From: Mobula hypostoma
Taxonomy: Eukaryota
Assembly: GCF_963921235.1 (NCBI RefSeq)
Contig: NC_086097.1
Span: 102,488,001-102,552,000 of the forward strand
Length of the DNA: 64,000 bases
Direction of reading: 5' to 3'
Made by a program: the position numbers and the translations under genes
Shown: one piece after another, positions 62,929-64,000 of the stretch
Layout of the letters: every line of letters starts with the position of its first letter
Position numbering within the stretch: the first letter of the stretch is position 1
The notes under the pieces: generated by a model
Databases searched by the model: none
Told to the model about the DNA's origin: nothing
The model's input: only the letters and a program-made list of their open reading frames with translations

Positions 62929-63399
62929 TTGAGTAATTCTTAAGTTAATGGACAGAATCTAATCAAGTAGGCTGGTTTTTCCTTGGTGGTGCTGGGAGTA
63001 TGTTGTTTTAGGGATGCTTTCTTACAAGTAAATGGGTAGTGTTCCACCACACTTGGGAGGAAGCAGATGATTAATCTATTGGGCCTTTCTATTTGAAGAT
63101 GGTTGTGTTGTCTATGGCACAAAACCGCAGGTGCTGGAATCTGGAGGGACTCACGGCAGGCCGTGGTTTAAGTAACTGGGTTCCTCCAGCAGATTATTGC
63201 CTTGGGTACTCAACTCAATTTTGAGGCTGCAAATAATTACACTTGAAAACTTCATCCTCATTTCCAAACAATATTGTGAAGTTTTGAAATGTACTTCACA
63301 AGTGCAAGCTCCTTGCTTTTCATGACTTAGTGAAATCAGTGTGGAGCATGATAATATGCTAGGGCATTTTGAGATTTAGAATGTAGTAGTGCTGGGTCT

Positions 63400-64000
63400 C
63401 TTGAAGAATATTAAGGTGGATAATTCTCCTGTGCCTGATGTGATTATACCCCAAGATAGTCAGAGAACCAAGAGGTGAGATTGCTAGGATTTTAACCAAA
63501 ATCTGTCGTCTCTATCTACAGTGAAGTCCCAGAGGACTGTTGAAGTACCCTAATGTTGCTTTGTTCAGGAAGGGAAATGGGGATAATCCTAGAAATCATA
63601 GACCAGTTCGTCATACATCAATGGGAAACTATAGGAGAGAATTCTTTAAAGTAGGATTTATGAGCATTGAGAAAACCATGGCCTAATTAGCGGCAGTTGG
63701 CATGACTTTGTTGTGGGATAAGTTTGTGTCTTACTAATGAGTTTTTTTTTAAAGAGATGATCAATGTAGGTAGAACAGTGAAAGTTGTCCATGTGGATTT
63801 TGGTAAGGCATTTGAAAGTGCTTTAATGCAGGCTCATCCAGAAGATAAAGGTGCATGGGATCCACAGTGATGGCCATTTGGATTCAGAATTGACCTTCCC
63901 ATGGTAGACAGGGTAGTGGTTGATAGTTTATATGCTAGCTAAAAGGTTTGATTAATTGGATGTTTGACTAGTGGTATTCTGCAGGGATTTGTACTGAGAC
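63400..64000 (+). mobile_element. CR1 RT relic running off the window
   Basis: Degenerate KVDNSP, PEDC and DFGKAF motifs. Confidence 0.7.

Overview
Repeat-dense vertebrate genomic DNA. The repeat mix (CR1, Penelope-like, V-SINE-like, L1, hAT) suggests a cartilaginous fish such as a ray, but that is inference. One host gene is visible: the N-recognin E3 ligase UBR1 on the + strand, with a CpG-rich promoter, coding exon 1 at 19944-20030, a ~39.4 kb intron 1, and exon 2 at 59469-59722 running into the UBR box. The rest is mostly nested transposons. Main observations: (1) a full-length L1 with both ORFs open and a perfect 15-16 bp TSD, inserted into an older L1 that is itself inside a CR1, all in the sense orientation in UBR1 intron 1; (2) Penelope-like (GIY-YIG) elements carrying minimal hammerhead ribozyme motifs, which recur as asymmetric fold-back insertions of 0.2-2.2 kb, most with TSDs; one lies ~110 nt upstream of the exon 2 acceptor; (3) two short, locally templated duplications; (4) CsRn1-type Gypsy relics, hAT-Charlie and Tigger derivatives, and Rex and RTE fragments. 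I found no new protein-coding system. The ribozyme-bearing fold-back family is the best candidate for under-described biology. All comparisons were made by eye, and boundaries without a TSD are approximate.
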